Assembly (NCBI GenBank): GCA_002383695.1
Contig: DFZX01000087.1
Coordinates: 1 to 64,000 of the forward strand
Length of the DNA stretch: 64,000 bases
Direction: 5' to 3'
Source of the DNA: Bacillales bacterium UBA4045
Lineage (GTDB): Bacteria; Bacillota; Bacilli; Paenibacillales; UBA4045
Numbering within the stretch: position 1 is the first letter of the stretch; every line of letters starts with the position of its first letter. The notes beneath the pieces are model-generated. The model did not search any database and was not told the origin of the DNA. It was given only the letters and a program-made list of their open reading frames with translations. A program made the translations under genes and the position numbers. Below are positions 29,060 to 39,564 of the stretch, in pieces.

Positions 29060-30601
29060 TTACTTGGCGTATTCAACAGCTCGGGTTTCACGTATGACTG
29101 TAACTTTAATGTGTCCCGGGTAATTGAGCTCACTTTCAATTTGCTTTGTGATATCCCTTGCTAAACGGAATGCGTCTGCATCATCAATCTTATCTGGCTG
29201 TACCATCACGCGTACCTCGCGTCCTGCCTGAATAGCGAATGATTTCTCAACGCCCTCGAATGACTCGGAAATCTCTTCAAGCTTCTCCAAACGTTTGATG
29301 TACGTCTCCAAGGTTTCTCTCCGTGCTCCTGGTCGGGCCGCGGAAAGTGCATCTGCCGCTCCAACGAGCATTGCGATAACCGATGTAGGTTCTGTATCAC
29401 CATGATGGGAAGCAATACTGTTAATTACGACTGGATGCTCTTTGTACTTCTTGCCAAGCTCCACGCCAATTTCAACATGTGATCCTTCTACCTCATGATC
29501 AAGTGCTTTTCCAATGTCATGAAGTAACCCAGCGCGTTTAGCAAGTGTGATATCTTCTCCAAGCTCCCCAGCCATTAATCCAGTTAAGTAGGCAACCTCC
29601 ATCGAATGCTTAAGCACATTCTGTCCATAGCTAGTACGGAATCTCAGACGACCTAGAATCTTAATTAAATCTGGGTGTATCCCGTGAACGCCAACCTCGA
29701 AGGTAGCTTGCTCACCATACTCTCGAATCCGCTCATCCACTTCCTTACGGGATTTCTCCACCATCTCTTCAATACGAGCTGGGTGAATTCTTCCATCAGC
29801 AACTAGCTTCTCTAATGCAGTTCTAGCAATTTCACGTCGAATTGGATCAAATCCAGACAATATAACTGCCTCTGGTGTATCATCGATAATCAGATCAATT
29901 CCAGTTAACGTCTCCAGAGCACGTATATTACGTCCTTCACGTCCAATAATACGACCCTTCATCTCCTCATTAGGGAGAGTTACTACAGAAACAGTAGTTT
30001 CTGCCACATGATCCGCTGCGCAACGTTGAATGGCCAACGTAATAATTTCTCTTGCCTTCTTGTCGGCTTCCTCTTTAGCTTGTTGTTCAATCTGTTTAAT
30101 CAATTGAACGGTTTCATGACGAACCTCTTGTTCGACATTGCTCAATATAATTTGCTTAGCATCTTCTGTGCTTAGACCAGATACACGTTCTAGCTCAAGA
30201 ACTTGTTTCTTGAAAATTTGTTCAATGTTTTCTTGTGTTTCCTCAAGTCGTTTCTCTTTGTTGGCTAAATTCTCTTCTTTCTGCTCTTGGGATTCTATTT
30301 TCTTATCCAGCGACTCCTCTTTTTGCAACAATCGTCTTTCCTGGCGTTGAATTTCATTCCGACGCTCACGAATGTCTTTTTCAGCTTCAGTTCGAAGTCT
30401 ATAAACTTCATCTTTCGCTTCGAGAACCGTTTCTTTCTTAAGCGCAACAGCTTCCTTATTCGCCTTCTCGACGATTTGTAATGCTGCTAATTCTGCGCTT
30501 GAAATCTTAGCCTCTGCAAGAGTTTTGCGGATAAAGTAACCAATCCCAAAGCCTGCGACTCCAACAACGAGAACGATCAAGGACCAGATGAATGTCATCA
30601 T
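29060..30601 (-). CDS. rny: Ribonuclease Y
   Basis: N-terminal TM, coiled coil, KH domain, HD domain 'HDIGK'. Confidence 0.95.
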   Translation of the reverse strand: MMTFIWSLIVLVVGVAGFGIGYFIRKTLAEAKISSAELAALQIVEKANKEAVALKKETVLEAKDEVYRLRTEAEKDIRERRNEIQRQERRLLQKEESLDKKIESQEQKEENLANKEKRLEETQENIEQIFKKQVLELERVSGLSTEDAKQIILSNVEQEVRHETVQLIKQIEQQAKEEADKKAREIITLAIQRCAADHVAETTVSVVTLPNEEMKGRIIGREGRNIRALETLTGIDLIIDDTPEAVILSGFDPIRREIARTALEKLVADGRIHPARIEEMVEKSRKEVDERIREYGEQATFEVGVHGIHPDLIKILGRLRFRTSYGQNVLKHSMEVAYLTGLMAGELGEDITLAKRAGLLHDIGKALDHEVEGSHVEIGVELGKKYKEHPVVINSIASHHGDTEPTSVIAMLVGAADALSAARPGARRETLETYIKRLEKLEEISESFEGVEKSFAIQAGREVRVMVQPDKIDDADAFRLARDITKQIESELNYPGHIKVTVIRETRAVEYAK

Positions 30602-30827
30602 CCTTTTTCACCTCCTCGTTATCACTCCAAGGGGTTAGCTTGGGGATTATGTGGTTGTTAATCCGTATTCATTTCGACTCATTAATTATCAACCGATGTC
30701 TAACATAATTATCCATCTTCATCGGCCAAGTTATAAAGAGTGTAAGTGCTTACCTCACACCTTTTATTATTGTAGCTTTTGATGAAGAATAATGTCAAGC
30801 ATGTCCGTCGGATCTTGTTGATAATCA

Positions 30828-31508
30828 TCACTCTTCAAAGTACATATCCTCAGAATTCTTTAGATCACTCATTACTTTTCGGGTAACCTCCGAGGTATAG
30901 CCTCTTCGCTGTAGTAAATTTATGATCTTACGAAACTTAATAAGATCATCTGACTTATCTAAATCCCACCTCTTCGTAGCTAAAGCTAGTGCTTGCTCAT
31001 ATTCTACATGTTCATCAAATTGATCCAATGCAGTTTGAATCTCCACTTTAGCTATGCCCTTCTGAGTCAATTCCCGCTTAATCCACAGTGGCCCCTTCTT
31101 ATTCATCCTCATTCTTTGCTTGGCTAGTGTAACGGCATAGTCATGATCATCAATAAATTTCTGATCAGTTAACCTAGCGAGTACATCCTTAATAATATCA
31201 TCCACATAACCTTTACCCGTTAATTTAGTGGCTACTTCCTTCTGAGAACGCATGGATCTTCCTATATACCTGAGCGCATCTCGATAAGCAGTGTGTCTCT
31301 CCTCTTCATAGACAACATCATCTATAAATGATTTAGTTAGTTTAACATCCTTCAACAATCGATATTTCACAACAATATCCTCATGAACGGCAAATGCATA
31401 CTCACCATTCACATAGATATTATATCGATGCTTATGACGTTTCTGTTGCTCCACCATCGTAATTGTTATTAAATCTTCTTCATCTCTCACAACATGTGTA
31501 CCCTCCAA
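30828..31508 (-). CDS. recX: Recombination regulator RecX
   Basis: Three-repeat helical RecX fold, immediately downstream of recA. Confidence 0.75.
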   Translation of the reverse strand: MEGTHVVRDEEDLITITMVEQQKRHKHRYNIYVNGEYAFAVHEDIVVKYRLLKDVKLTKSFIDDVVYEEERHTAYRDALRYIGRSMRSQKEVATKLTGKGYVDDIIKDVLARLTDQKFIDDHDYAVTLAKQRMRMNKKGPLWIKRELTQKGIAKVEIQTALDQFDEHVEYEQALALATKRWDLDKSDDLIKFRKIINLLQRRGYTSEVTRKVMSDLKNSEDMYFEE

Positions 31509-31558
31509 TCATAGAAAAGTCCGCACATTAAGTAACCATGCGCGGACCCTATCTTTAT

Positions 31559-32587
31559 TTATTCGCTGTCACTATCGAAGGATGCTTTATTCATTGTTAA
31601 GGATTGAGCTGTTCCCGCTGCGCGAATTTTAGCCTCAATGATATTAGCGATATCAGGATTATCCTTCAGATATTGCTTCGCATTCTCTCTACCCTGACCC
31701 ATCCGTTCACCTTCATAAGAATACCATGCACCACTCTTTTGTACGATGTCAATTTCCGCACCAATATCGATAATACTACCAACCCTAGAGATACCTTCGC
31801 CATACATGATATCTACCTCTGCTTGTTTAAAGGGAGGAGCAACTTTATTCTTGACTACTTTAATCCTAGTACGATTCCCTACTAAATCATTTCCTTGCTT
31901 AATCGATTCAATACGACGAACCTCAAGTCGCACAGAGGAATAGAATTTCAAAGCTCTTCCGCCTGGTGTAATTTCTGGATTACCGAACATTACGCCAACC
32001 TTCTCACGAAGCTGATTAATGAAGATGGCAATAACCTTTGATTTTCCAATTGCTCCTGATAACTTACGTAATGCCTGTGACATCAATCTTGCCTGCAAGC
32101 CGACATGTGAATCACCCATATCACCTTCAATTTCGGCCTTTGGAACCAAGGCAGCAACGGAGTCGATAACAATAATGTCAACTGCGCCACTCCGAACCAA
32201 GGCTTCGGCAATTTCCAATCCCTGTTCTCCCGTATCCGGTTGGGACAATAATAACTCATCAATATTAACACCAAGTTTACTTGCATATTGCGGGTCAAGA
32301 GCATGCTCAGCATCTATGAAAGCTGCTTGTCCACCAATTTTCTGAACCTCTGCTATTGCATGTAAGGCAACGGTTGTCTTACCAGATGATTCAGGACCGA
32401 ACACTTCTATAATACGACCTCTTGGAATACCGCCTATACCTAGAGCAATGTCTAATGCTAAGATACCACTAGAGATTGTCTCTACCTGCATATGAGTTGA
32501 TTCTCCGAGCTTCATAACAGAACCCTTACCGAATTGCTTCTCAATTTGTTTCAATGCCATATCTAAGGCTGCACGACGATCTGACAA
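31559..32587 (-). CDS. recA: Recombinase RecA
   Basis: 'GPESSGKTT' Walker A. The N-terminus '[22 protein letters not shown]' matches B. subtilis. The likely start is TTG at 32587; the GTG at 32596 has no usable spacer. Confidence 0.95.
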   Translation of the reverse strand: MSDRRAALDMALKQIEKQFGKGSVMKLGESTHMQVETISSGILALDIALGIGGIPRGRIIEVFGPESSGKTTVALHAIAEVQKIGGQAAFIDAEHALDPQYASKLGVNIDELLLSQPDTGEQGLEIAEALVRSGAVDIIVIDSVAALVPKAEIEGDMGDSHVGLQARLMSQALRKLSGAIGKSKVIAIFINQLREKVGVMFGNPEITPGGRALKFYSSVRLEVRRIESIKQGNDLVGNRTRIKVVKNKVAPPFKQAEVDIMYGEGISRVGSIIDIGAEIDIVQKSGAWYSYEGERMGQGRENAKQYLKDNPDIANIIEAKIRAAGTAQSLTMNKASFDSDSE

Positions 32588-32624
32588 GTGCTTCACTTCC
32601 TCTTCTTCTAATTAATATAAGTCT

Positions 32625-32653
32625 ATGATAATCCTTTTTCATGCGCTTGCCAA
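32625..32653 (-). promoter_or_regulatory. recA sigma-A promoter (-35 TTGGCA, 17-nt spacer, -10 TATCAT)
   Basis: Read off the minus strand directly downstream of the Cheo box. Confidence 0.5.
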
Positions 32654-32662
32654 GTGTTTTTT

Positions 32663-32676
32663 CGAACATTCGTTCG
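32663..32676. promoter_or_regulatory. LexA (DinR) operator, Cheo box CGAACATTCGTTCG
   Basis: Perfect match to the Gram-positive SOS box CGAAC-N4-GTTCG, just upstream of the recA -35. Confidence 0.8.
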
Positions 32677-32720
32677 TTTTTTATTAGCAGCCACACTGTC
32701 CTTTATGATCAAGGTAAATT

Positions 32721-32762
32721 AAAAAAAGTACCGTTCACAAAGGGTCCCTTTGCTACGGTACT
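32721..32762 (-). terminator. cinA terminator
   Basis: gtaccgt...acggtac stem with a T7 run on the minus-strand transcript. Confidence 0.55.
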
Positions 32763-32826
32763 TCCGTTAACAAGAATAATTTAACATAAATCTAACATAG
32801 GATCCATAAATACACAAGTATAATTT

Positions 32827-34077
32827 TTACATGGTTTTCAACTGGAGCCACAATTGATACAAAGCCTGCTTTACTGTTCTAACCCGGACCATCTCACGAT
32901 TACCTGCTATATTCAATTGATGCACCTGGGTGTCACCCTTCTTATTCGCAATAGCAACGTACACCAGCCCTACAGGCTTGCGCTCGGAATGCTCAGGACC
33001 AGCAATGCCTGTAATGGAGACGCCTAAATCGCTACCTGTTCGCTGCACAATCTGCTGAGCGAGTAAAATGGCAGCTTCCTCACTCACAGCCCCTGGAGCA
33101 TCTTCTCCCTCAAGCATATCCATAGGGATTTGTAGTGAACGATGCTTCCACTCATTAGAATAACAGATGACTCCTCCATGGAACATCGCCGAGCTTCCAG
33201 GAATCGAAGTGATTAATTCACTGAATAATCCTCCTGTGCAGCTTTCAGCCACAGACAGTGTAATCCCCTTCGCTGTCATAAGACGAACAATAACAGCTTC
33301 CAAAGGAACATCCATATCGGAATATAAAAATTCACCGACACGATTATTAATTTCTAGATGAGTCATATCCAATACTTTGTTAGCCTCTTCTTGTGTGTTG
33401 GCACGGGTCGTTAATCGAATCGTGACTTCGCCTTCCTTGGCATAGGGGGCTATGGATGGGTCACTCTGTTCAGAGATGAGATCCTTTATCGCATGCTCCA
33501 AACGAGATTCTCCAATCCCACAAAACTTAAGCATCCTAGAGAACAATGCTCCTGTATTCGGCATTCTGCTAAGAATCCATGGTATTGCATAGTTTTCGAA
33601 CATTGGCTTCAGTTCCCGAGGTGGACCAGGCAGTAAAACATAGTGAGTATTATCTTGCGTAATGGCAGAACCTACAGCCATTCCTGTATCATTCATTAAG
33701 GGGTCCGCACCATCAATCATTAAAGCTTGACGTGCATTACTCTCTACCATGATCACTTTACGATCCATATGAAAGGAAGCGATACGATCGTAGGAAGGCT
33801 GATGAATGGACAAGCCTAGTCCTAATATAGATGCAAGCACATCTCTAGTTATATCATCCTGAGTAGGACCTAAACCACCCGTGAACACGACTAAATCTGC
33901 GCGGCTACTCGAGAGTCGCATAGCCTCAGCCATTCGTTCTGCGTTATCCCCTACAACGGTTTGATAATATACATTAACACCCATCTCCGCAAATTTTTGC
34001 GACAAATATTGGGCATTTGAATTAACAATTTGGCCCATTAAGAGCTCGGTTCCTACAGCGATGATCTCAGCTCTCAT
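32827..34077 (-). CDS. cinA: Competence/damage-inducible protein CinA (MoCF-binding domain plus a CinA C-terminal deamidase domain)
   Basis: 'MRAEIIAVGTELLMGQIVNSNA' N-terminus. 416 aa. Confidence 0.9.
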   Translation of the reverse strand: MRAEIIAVGTELLMGQIVNSNAQYLSQKFAEMGVNVYYQTVVGDNAERMAEAMRLSSSRADLVVFTGGLGPTQDDITRDVLASILGLGLSIHQPSYDRIASFHMDRKVIMVESNARQALMIDGADPLMNDTGMAVGSAITQDNTHYVLLPGPPRELKPMFENYAIPWILSRMPNTGALFSRMLKFCGIGESRLEHAIKDLISEQSDPSIAPYAKEGEVTIRLTTRANTQEEANKVLDMTHLEINNRVGEFLYSDMDVPLEAVIVRLMTAKGITLSVAESCTGGLFSELITSIPGSSAMFHGGVICYSNEWKHRSLQIPMDMLEGEDAPGAVSEEAAILLAQQIVQRTGSDLGVSITGIAGPEHSERKPVGLVYVAIANKKGDTQVHQLNIAGNREMVRVRTVKQALYQLWLQLKTM

Positions 34078-34102
34078 ATGCCATATCCTTTCACGATAAG
34101 CT

Positions 34103-34702
34103 TTACTGCTTGTCAGAGAAATTAATAACCGTCTTACCTTTGATAAAATAATCTATTCCTGAATAAATCGTAATCACTGCAGCCATCCAAGTAACAATAA
34201 GATCTATACGCCATCCAATAAAGACGAACGGAAAATTATTAATTAATAATAGAATAATGGCTGCAATCTGAAAACCGGTTTTCCACTTACCTAGATTACT
34301 TGCAGGTATAACTACACCTTCTAAAAGCGCAATCTGTCTTAATCCAGTAACAGCAAATTCACGACTAATAATAATGATCACGATAAGTGCGTTAAGCTTG
34401 TCCATCTCAACAAGCGAAATAAGCACAGCAGCAACCAATAGTTTATCTGCAAGTGGATCAAGAAGCTTGCCTAGGTTACTTACAAGCTTGTGCTTTCTCG
34501 CAATATACCCATCAAGTGTATCCGTAATAGCCGCAATACTGAATATAATTACAGCAATAATCTGATTGTAAGTAATGGTGAATACAGTACCATTAATTTC
34601 CGGTATGCTAATATTCGGTAAGTGCAAATTAACAAGTAAGAAGAACATGATAACGGGAACGAGGAATATACGTGCAACCGTAATTTTATTAGCTAAGTTC
34701 AT
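34103..34702 (-). CDS. pgsA: CDP-diacylglycerol--glycerol-3-phosphate 3-phosphatidyltransferase
   Basis: CDP-alcohol phosphatidyltransferase motif 'DTLDGYIARK...GKLLDPLADK'. Confidence 0.9.
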   Translation of the reverse strand: MNLANKITVARIFLVPVIMFFLLVNLHLPNISIPEINGTVFTITYNQIIAVIIFSIAAITDTLDGYIARKHKLVSNLGKLLDPLADKLLVAAVLISLVEMDKLNALIVIIIISREFAVTGLRQIALLEGVVIPASNLGKWKTGFQIAAIILLLINNFPFVFIGWRIDLIVTWMAAVITIYSGIDYFIKGKTVINFSDKQ

Positions 34703-36027
34703 GATACAGCAACTCCAGTCAGATCATACTCAAATGCGTGAGTAATATTAACTTTAACCATCTGACCAATTTCGGCATGACACTGACTAACGAATACTTC
34801 CCCATCAATTTCTGGCGCATCGAATTGTGTGCGTCCGATATAGATATCGTTACGCCCATCATAACGTTCAATGAGTACATCGAGTGTCTGTCCAACCATC
34901 TTCACACTACGACCCGTAGAGATCTCTCTCTGCACTTCCATTAATGTATTCGCACGCCATTCCTTCGTTTCCTCAGGTAATTGGTCTGGTAGTCGTGCTG
35001 CAGGTGTATCATCCTCTTGCGAGTATGTAAACACACCCAATCGGTCGAATTTAATATCTTTGACGAACTCAGTTAGATTATTGTAGTCTTCTTCTGTTTC
35101 TCCTGGAAAACCAACAATAAGTGATGTACGCAGGGAAACATTAGGAATATGCTTGCGAATTTGTGTAATTAATTCACGTACATCCTTCTGTCTACCTGGT
35201 CTACGCATCTTCTTAAGGATATGGTCCTCACTATGCTGTAGTGGCATGTCCACATACTTACAAATCTTCGGATTGTTAGCAATCGTCTGAATGAGCTCGT
35301 CTGTGAAGAAGCCTGGATATGCATAATGCAAGCGAACCCAAGCCAGTCCAGGTACTTCCGTTACTTTATCCAGAAGCGTTGGAAGCATAAACCCATCATA
35401 TATGTCTGTTCCATAATTGGTCGAGTCCTGAGCAATCAAGCTAATCTCCTTCACACCCTGTGAAACCAGCAGCTCAACCTCACTTATAATAGATTCCATA
35501 GTTCTGCTACGAAAATTTCCTCGCATTATCGGAATACTACAGAATGTACATGCGTTATCGCAGCCCTCAGCAATTTTTACATAGGCCGTATAACGAGGTG
35601 TTGTAACACGTCGGGGCAGCTTCTGATCATAATTAAATACAGGATTCCCCACAAGTATGGGTTTCTTACCTTTAAGAGCTGCATCAATAATATCTGTTAT
35701 CTGATCAAAGTCGCCTGTACCTACGATACCGTCGATTTCTGGCATTTCATTCATTAATTGTTCTTTGTACCGCTGAGTTAAACAACCAGATACAATTAGA
35801 GCCTTGAGATTCCCGGTTTGCTTCAAATCAGCAATCTCTAGAATCGTATTGACAGACTCCTCTTTTGCAGCATCGATGAATCCACAAGTATTGATAACAA
35901 TGACTGTCGCATCCTGATTGTCATCAACGAGTAGAAATCCCTGTTCATGAACTAAGCCGCCCATGATCTCAGAGTCAACCAGATTTTTCTCACAGCCTAA
36001 TGTTACAAATTTCACCTTTTCAATCAT
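34699..36027 (-). CDS. rimO: Ribosomal protein S12 methylthiotransferase RimO (radical SAM)
   Basis: 'VTLGCEKN', 'CDNACTFC', TRAM domain. Overlaps the pgsA start by 4 nt. Confidence 0.85.
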   Translation of the reverse strand: MIEKVKFVTLGCEKNLVDSEIMGGLVHEQGFLLVDDNQDATVIVINTCGFIDAAKEESVNTILEIADLKQTGNLKALIVSGCLTQRYKEQLMNEMPEIDGIVGTGDFDQITDIIDAALKGKKPILVGNPVFNYDQKLPRRVTTPRYTAYVKIAEGCDNACTFCSIPIMRGNFRSRTMESIISEVELLVSQGVKEISLIAQDSTNYGTDIYDGFMLPTLLDKVTEVPGLAWVRLHYAYPGFFTDELIQTIANNPKICKYVDMPLQHSEDHILKKMRRPGRQKDVRELITQIRKHIPNVSLRTSLIVGFPGETEEDYNNLTEFVKDIKFDRLGVFTYSQEDDTPAARLPDQLPEETKEWRANTLMEVQREISTGRSVKMVGQTLDVLIERYDGRNDIYIGRTQFDAPEIDGEVFVSQCHAEIGQMVKVNITHAFEYDLTGVAVS

Positions 36028-36047
36028 GTACGTCTCTCACCCAATCC

Positions 36048-36539
36048 TTATCTGTAGTTAGCAAATTGTAAATCAAGAGCTAAATCTGCACCTTTGAGTA
36101 GCTGCATCACTTGCTGAAGATCATCTTTACTCTTCCCGGTCACTCTAATTTGATCACCTTGAATAACTGTCTTCACCTTTAGCTTTGAATCCTTTATTAA
36201 GATATTAATTTTCTTAGAATGATCCTGATCTACACCCTGTTTCAGCTTGATTCGCTGACGCATTGTGTTCGAGGCAGCAGGCTCTATCTTACCATACTCC
36301 AGACATTTGAGGGAAATGCCACGTTTCACCATCTTCGTCTGCAGAATATCCACTACACTCTCAACTCTGAATTCAGAATCCGACACGACGACCAAATCTT
36401 CTTTATCAATGGAGATATCACTTTTACTACCCTTAAAATCGAATCGAGTCTCAATTTCACGCTCTGCTTGTTGAATAGCATTCTTTAATTCCTGCATATC
36501 GATCTTGGATACAATATCAAAAGAGCTTTCTGAGCTCAT
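36048..36539 (-). CDS. YajQ-family (UPF0234) nucleotide-binding protein
   Basis: 'SFDIVSKIDMQELKNAIQQAEREIETRFDFKG'. Start chosen at MSSESSFDIV. Confidence 0.8.
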   Translation of the reverse strand: MSSESSFDIVSKIDMQELKNAIQQAEREIETRFDFKGSKSDISIDKEDLVVVSDSEFRVESVVDILQTKMVKRGISLKCLEYGKIEPAASNTMRQRIKLKQGVDQDHSKKINILIKDSKLKVKTVIQGDQIRVTGKSKDDLQQVMQLLKGADLALDLQFANYR

Positions 36540-36597
36540 TGATGTCCACTTCCTTCCGAAAATCATAATGAAACGATTATACCAATAAAAGCAAAGC

Positions 36598-36643
36598 AAG
36601 AAAAGACACTGCTGATTTATCTTGTGATAAATCAGCGGTGTCT
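36598..36643 (-). terminator. rodZ terminator (17-bp stem)
   Basis: agacactgctgatttat/ataaatcagcggtgtct. Confidence 0.65.
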
Positions 36644-36651
36644 TCAGCTTA

Positions 36652-37494
36652 TTATATGATAGGCTTTTCCAAATCTAACTGCAATCTTCTAGGATTAGCC
36701 AAATCCCCTACCTTAATCTCAGTACCATTAATCGTTATCTTTAGAGCATTCGCTTTTCCGATGTTAAAATACACGGAGTCATCAAAGGTCCACACTCTTT
36801 CTTCATTTCGCTTTAACGTTAAATTCTCCTCAATATATTCACCGTTCTTATCCAACTTCTTTATCGCCATCCAGCATTGATCTCCGACAACCTGAAGTTG
36901 AATGGATAACTGCTTCGTATCTCTTATGACATAATAATCAGTTGTACCTTCTGTCTTAACCAATTCAACTTCTGCCGCTTCCACAACTTCTGGTTCTGGA
37001 ACAGGATCAGGAATAACCTCTACCACAGTGGGCTCCTTCACATCTGGCTCCACCGGACTCTTATTCTCAGTTAGAGGTGCTGGAGCACGTGCTACTTGTT
37101 CCTGATTCGGTTTCATCACATAATAATAATAAAACACACTTAATATAAGTAACGGAAAAGCAATAAGAAGTAAAGCAGAAGCCCACTTACTCATCTTATC
37201 AGAATTACGAGTAGGCTTTGTCTGTCTACGTTTAGGCTCGTTGGTTGGTTCTGGACTAGTCTCAGGAATAACACTTCGATACAAGCGTAGCACTTCATCT
37301 GGTTCAAGACCAACTGCTTCTGAATAGCTTTTTATAAAAGCTCTCACATAGAAATTTCCGGGAAGAATTTTATAATTCCCTTCTTCAATAGCTTCAAGAT
37401 ACCTTTTGCGAATTTTAGTTAGCTCTTGTAATTCATCAAGTGTGATTCCCTTTTGGGTACGTGCTTTCTTAAGTAATTGACCCAGATCAGACAT
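36652..37494 (-). CDS. rodZ: Cell-shape determinant RodZ (N-terminal HTH, TM, Pro/Glu-rich linker, C-terminal domain)
   Basis: 'KKARTQKGITLDELQELTKIRKRYLEAIEEGNY' XRE-type HTH. ymfM position. Confidence 0.8.
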   Translation of the reverse strand: MSDLGQLLKKARTQKGITLDELQELTKIRKRYLEAIEEGNYKILPGNFYVRAFIKSYSEAVGLEPDEVLRLYRSVIPETSPEPTNEPKRRQTKPTRNSDKMSKWASALLLIAFPLLILSVFYYYYVMKPNQEQVARAPAPLTENKSPVEPDVKEPTVVEVIPDPVPEPEVVEAAEVELVKTEGTTDYYVIRDTKQLSIQLQVVGDQCWMAIKKLDKNGEYIEENLTLKRNEERVWTFDDSVYFNIGKANALKITINGTEIKVGDLANPRRLQLDLEKPII

Positions 37495-37525
37495 GCTTCA
37501 CCTCCTCAAAGGATATGTAAACCCA

Positions 37526-38290
37526 TCAGAAACCTTCTGGCTGGGAATGGGATGGTTCGAATTTAATCTCTTCATCTGGTGTACTGCGGAGCTCAATAAT
37601 ATAATCAAAATCATCATAAGTATATTCGGATTCTTGCACAAAAATATCAGGGTGTTCAATAACCTTCGTTGTAGGCATAGCCATGATTTCTTGAAGAAGC
37701 ACATAATGCTTATCGTTAGAACGAATTGTACTTACTATACCATCAATAATGAATATGTTGTTCGGACTTGATTCTTCCTCAGACAATTGACTCCGAACCG
37801 TTTGGCGTAACAAGGTCGATGAGACAAAGGTCCATCGTTTATTCGCACAAACACTCCCAGCGATAATAGACTCTGTCTTCCCTACGCGAGGCATCCCACG
37901 AAGACCAACTAGCTGATGTCCTTCAATTTTGAAAATCTCTCCTAAGAAATCAACAAGTAAACCTAACTCATCTCTCGTGAAGCGGAACGTTTTACGATCA
38001 TCTGAATCTCTTTCGATATAACGCCCGTGTCGAACAGCTAAGATATCGACCAATTTAGGCTCACGCATCTTGTTGATTGTAATATTATCTACCTTACGTA
38101 GAAGCTGTTCTAATAATACAATCTTCTCATTATCACTCGTCTGAATTAACATACCACGAGTTCGATCTTCTACACCATTAATGGATAATATATTAATTTC
38201 TAGCATCCCCATAAGGGAAGCAATATCCCCTAATAATCCAGGACGATTCTTATGTATCTTATATTCCAAATACCATTGTGTATGATCCAT
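37526..38290 (-). CDS. YmfK-like protein (DUF3388): ACT-like N-terminus plus a P-loop domain
   Basis: 'QWYLEYKIHKNRPGLLGDIASLMGML' and 'GMPRVGKTES'. Start chosen at MDHTQWY by analogy to B. subtilis YmfK. Confidence 0.7.
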   Translation of the reverse strand: MDHTQWYLEYKIHKNRPGLLGDIASLMGMLEINILSINGVEDRTRGMLIQTSDNEKIVLLEQLLRKVDNITINKMREPKLVDILAVRHGRYIERDSDDRKTFRFTRDELGLLVDFLGEIFKIEGHQLVGLRGMPRVGKTESIIAGSVCANKRWTFVSSTLLRQTVRSQLSEEESSPNNIFIIDGIVSTIRSNDKHYVLLQEIMAMPTTKVIEHPDIFVQESEYTYDDFDYIIELRSTPDEEIKFEPSHSQPEGF

Positions 38291-38436
38291 AAAAAATGTA
38301 AACCACCCTCGAATTAGGTCGATACTCGCCCAAATTGACTGAAATATCAATATTTCATCTATTGATTATATTCTACAATTTTCGCAGTATTCCTTCCCAG
38401 AGGTAAATTTAGTTTAAAAGTTTCTGCTTACACAAT

Positions 38437-38468
38437 CAAAAAGCCTTCAAAAGAAGAAGGCTTTTTTT
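38437..38468. terminator. Bidirectional hairpin terminator
   Basis: aagccttc/gaaggctt with T7. Confidence 0.6.
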
Positions 38469-38473
38469 GACTC

Positions 38474-38725
38474 TTACCCTTTTTCAACTAGCTTAACCAT
38501 TAATCGTGCCATAGCTTTGCGCTCTTCCTTGTCGCCCACATCCCATAATTCCTTTAGTACACGATTCTGTTCGTTATTAGGATCAACCTTATCATCTAGA
38601 AATTCGCCAATTTGATAAGCTAGCTTTTCAATGGTTTCCTCGCCCATACCCGCTTTTTTGGCTTGCTCTACTCTTTCACCTAAGAAGCTTTTCCATTTCT
38701 CGAATGTCGATGTTACAGTTGTCAT
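38474..38725 (-). CDS. DUF3243 protein (YmfJ-like)
   Basis: 83 aa. 'FEKWKSFLGERVEQAKKAGM...LAYQIGEFL'. Confidence 0.7.
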   Translation of the reverse strand: MTTVTSTFEKWKSFLGERVEQAKKAGMGEETIEKLAYQIGEFLDDKVDPNNEQNRVLKELWDVGDKEERKAMARLMVKLVEKG

Positions 38726-38808
38726 GTGAATTCTCCTTTTTAGAGGTTTGTAACGACAACCCTAATATCTGCAATAATCGTAATGATTATACGTCTTATT
38801 CGAACTAG

Positions 38809-39564
38809 CTAAGTAATCCAGCCACCATTAGGACTTATAACCTGTCCAGTGATATAACCAGATTCCGGCAAAGCGACAAAGTAAACAAGCGAAGCAATTT
38901 CTTCGGGCTGAGCTAATCTGCCTACGGGTATATCATTGATCATGGTCTGTTTATCCTCTTCATTCATATGCTGCAGCATTGAGGTATCTACAGCCCCAGG
39001 CGCTACGGCATTAACTGTTATCCCAGAAGGTGCTAGCTCTTTAGCTAATGCTTTAGTGAATGCATTCATGCCACCTTTAGTTGTTGAATACAGTACCTCA
39101 CATGAAGCACCTGCTATTCCCCAAATCGAGGATACATTGACAATTCGTCCGTATTTTTGCGAGATCATATGAGGTAAGAACGTTTGTGTGCATAAGAACA
39201 TTCCCTTTAAATTGGTATTCATCACATGGTCCCATTCTTCTTCAGTTACATCAGTTAACAGTCCAAAATGAGAAATCCCGGCATTATTGACTAGAATATC
39301 GGGTACCATCTGGTGATGAGTTAATTTTTCCAGCATCTTCACAATCTGATCCTTAGACTTTAAATCCGCTGTAACGGTTAATACACGAACACCATATTTC
39401 AAACACTTACGAGCAACTTCATTCGCTGCTTCGTGTGCTTGTAAATAATGGATAACCACATTCATTCCTGCACTTGCGAATCGTTCGGCGATGGCCGCAC
39501 CGATACCTCGATTCCCACCTGTTACCAATACCGTTGTATCCGAAGAAGCTCTAACGATTGTCAA
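38809..39564 (-). CDS. ymfI: SDR-family oxidoreductase (YmfI, 3-oxoacyl-ACP reductase-like)
   Basis: 'TGGNRGIGAAIA', 'NNAG', 'S...Y...K' catalytic triad region. Confidence 0.8.
   Translation of the reverse strand: MTIVRASSDTTVLVTGGNRGIGAAIAERFASAGMNVVIHYLQAHEAANEVARKCLKYGVRVLTVTADLKSKDQIVKMLEKLTHHQMVPDILVNNAGISHFGLLTDVTEEEWDHVMNTNLKGMFLCTQTFLPHMISQKYGRIVNVSSIWGIAGASCEVLYSTTKGGMNAFTKALAKELAPSGITVNAVAPGAVDTSMLQHMNEEDKQTMINDIPVGRLAQPEEIASLVYFVALPESGYITGQVISPNGGWIT

Noticed and set aside
37498-37771. ORFs 37493..37771 (+) and 37498..37704 (-) at the rodZ/ymfK junction
   Set aside because: They overlap the 3' end of ymfK (stop 37526) and have no RBS. They are not conserved-looking.
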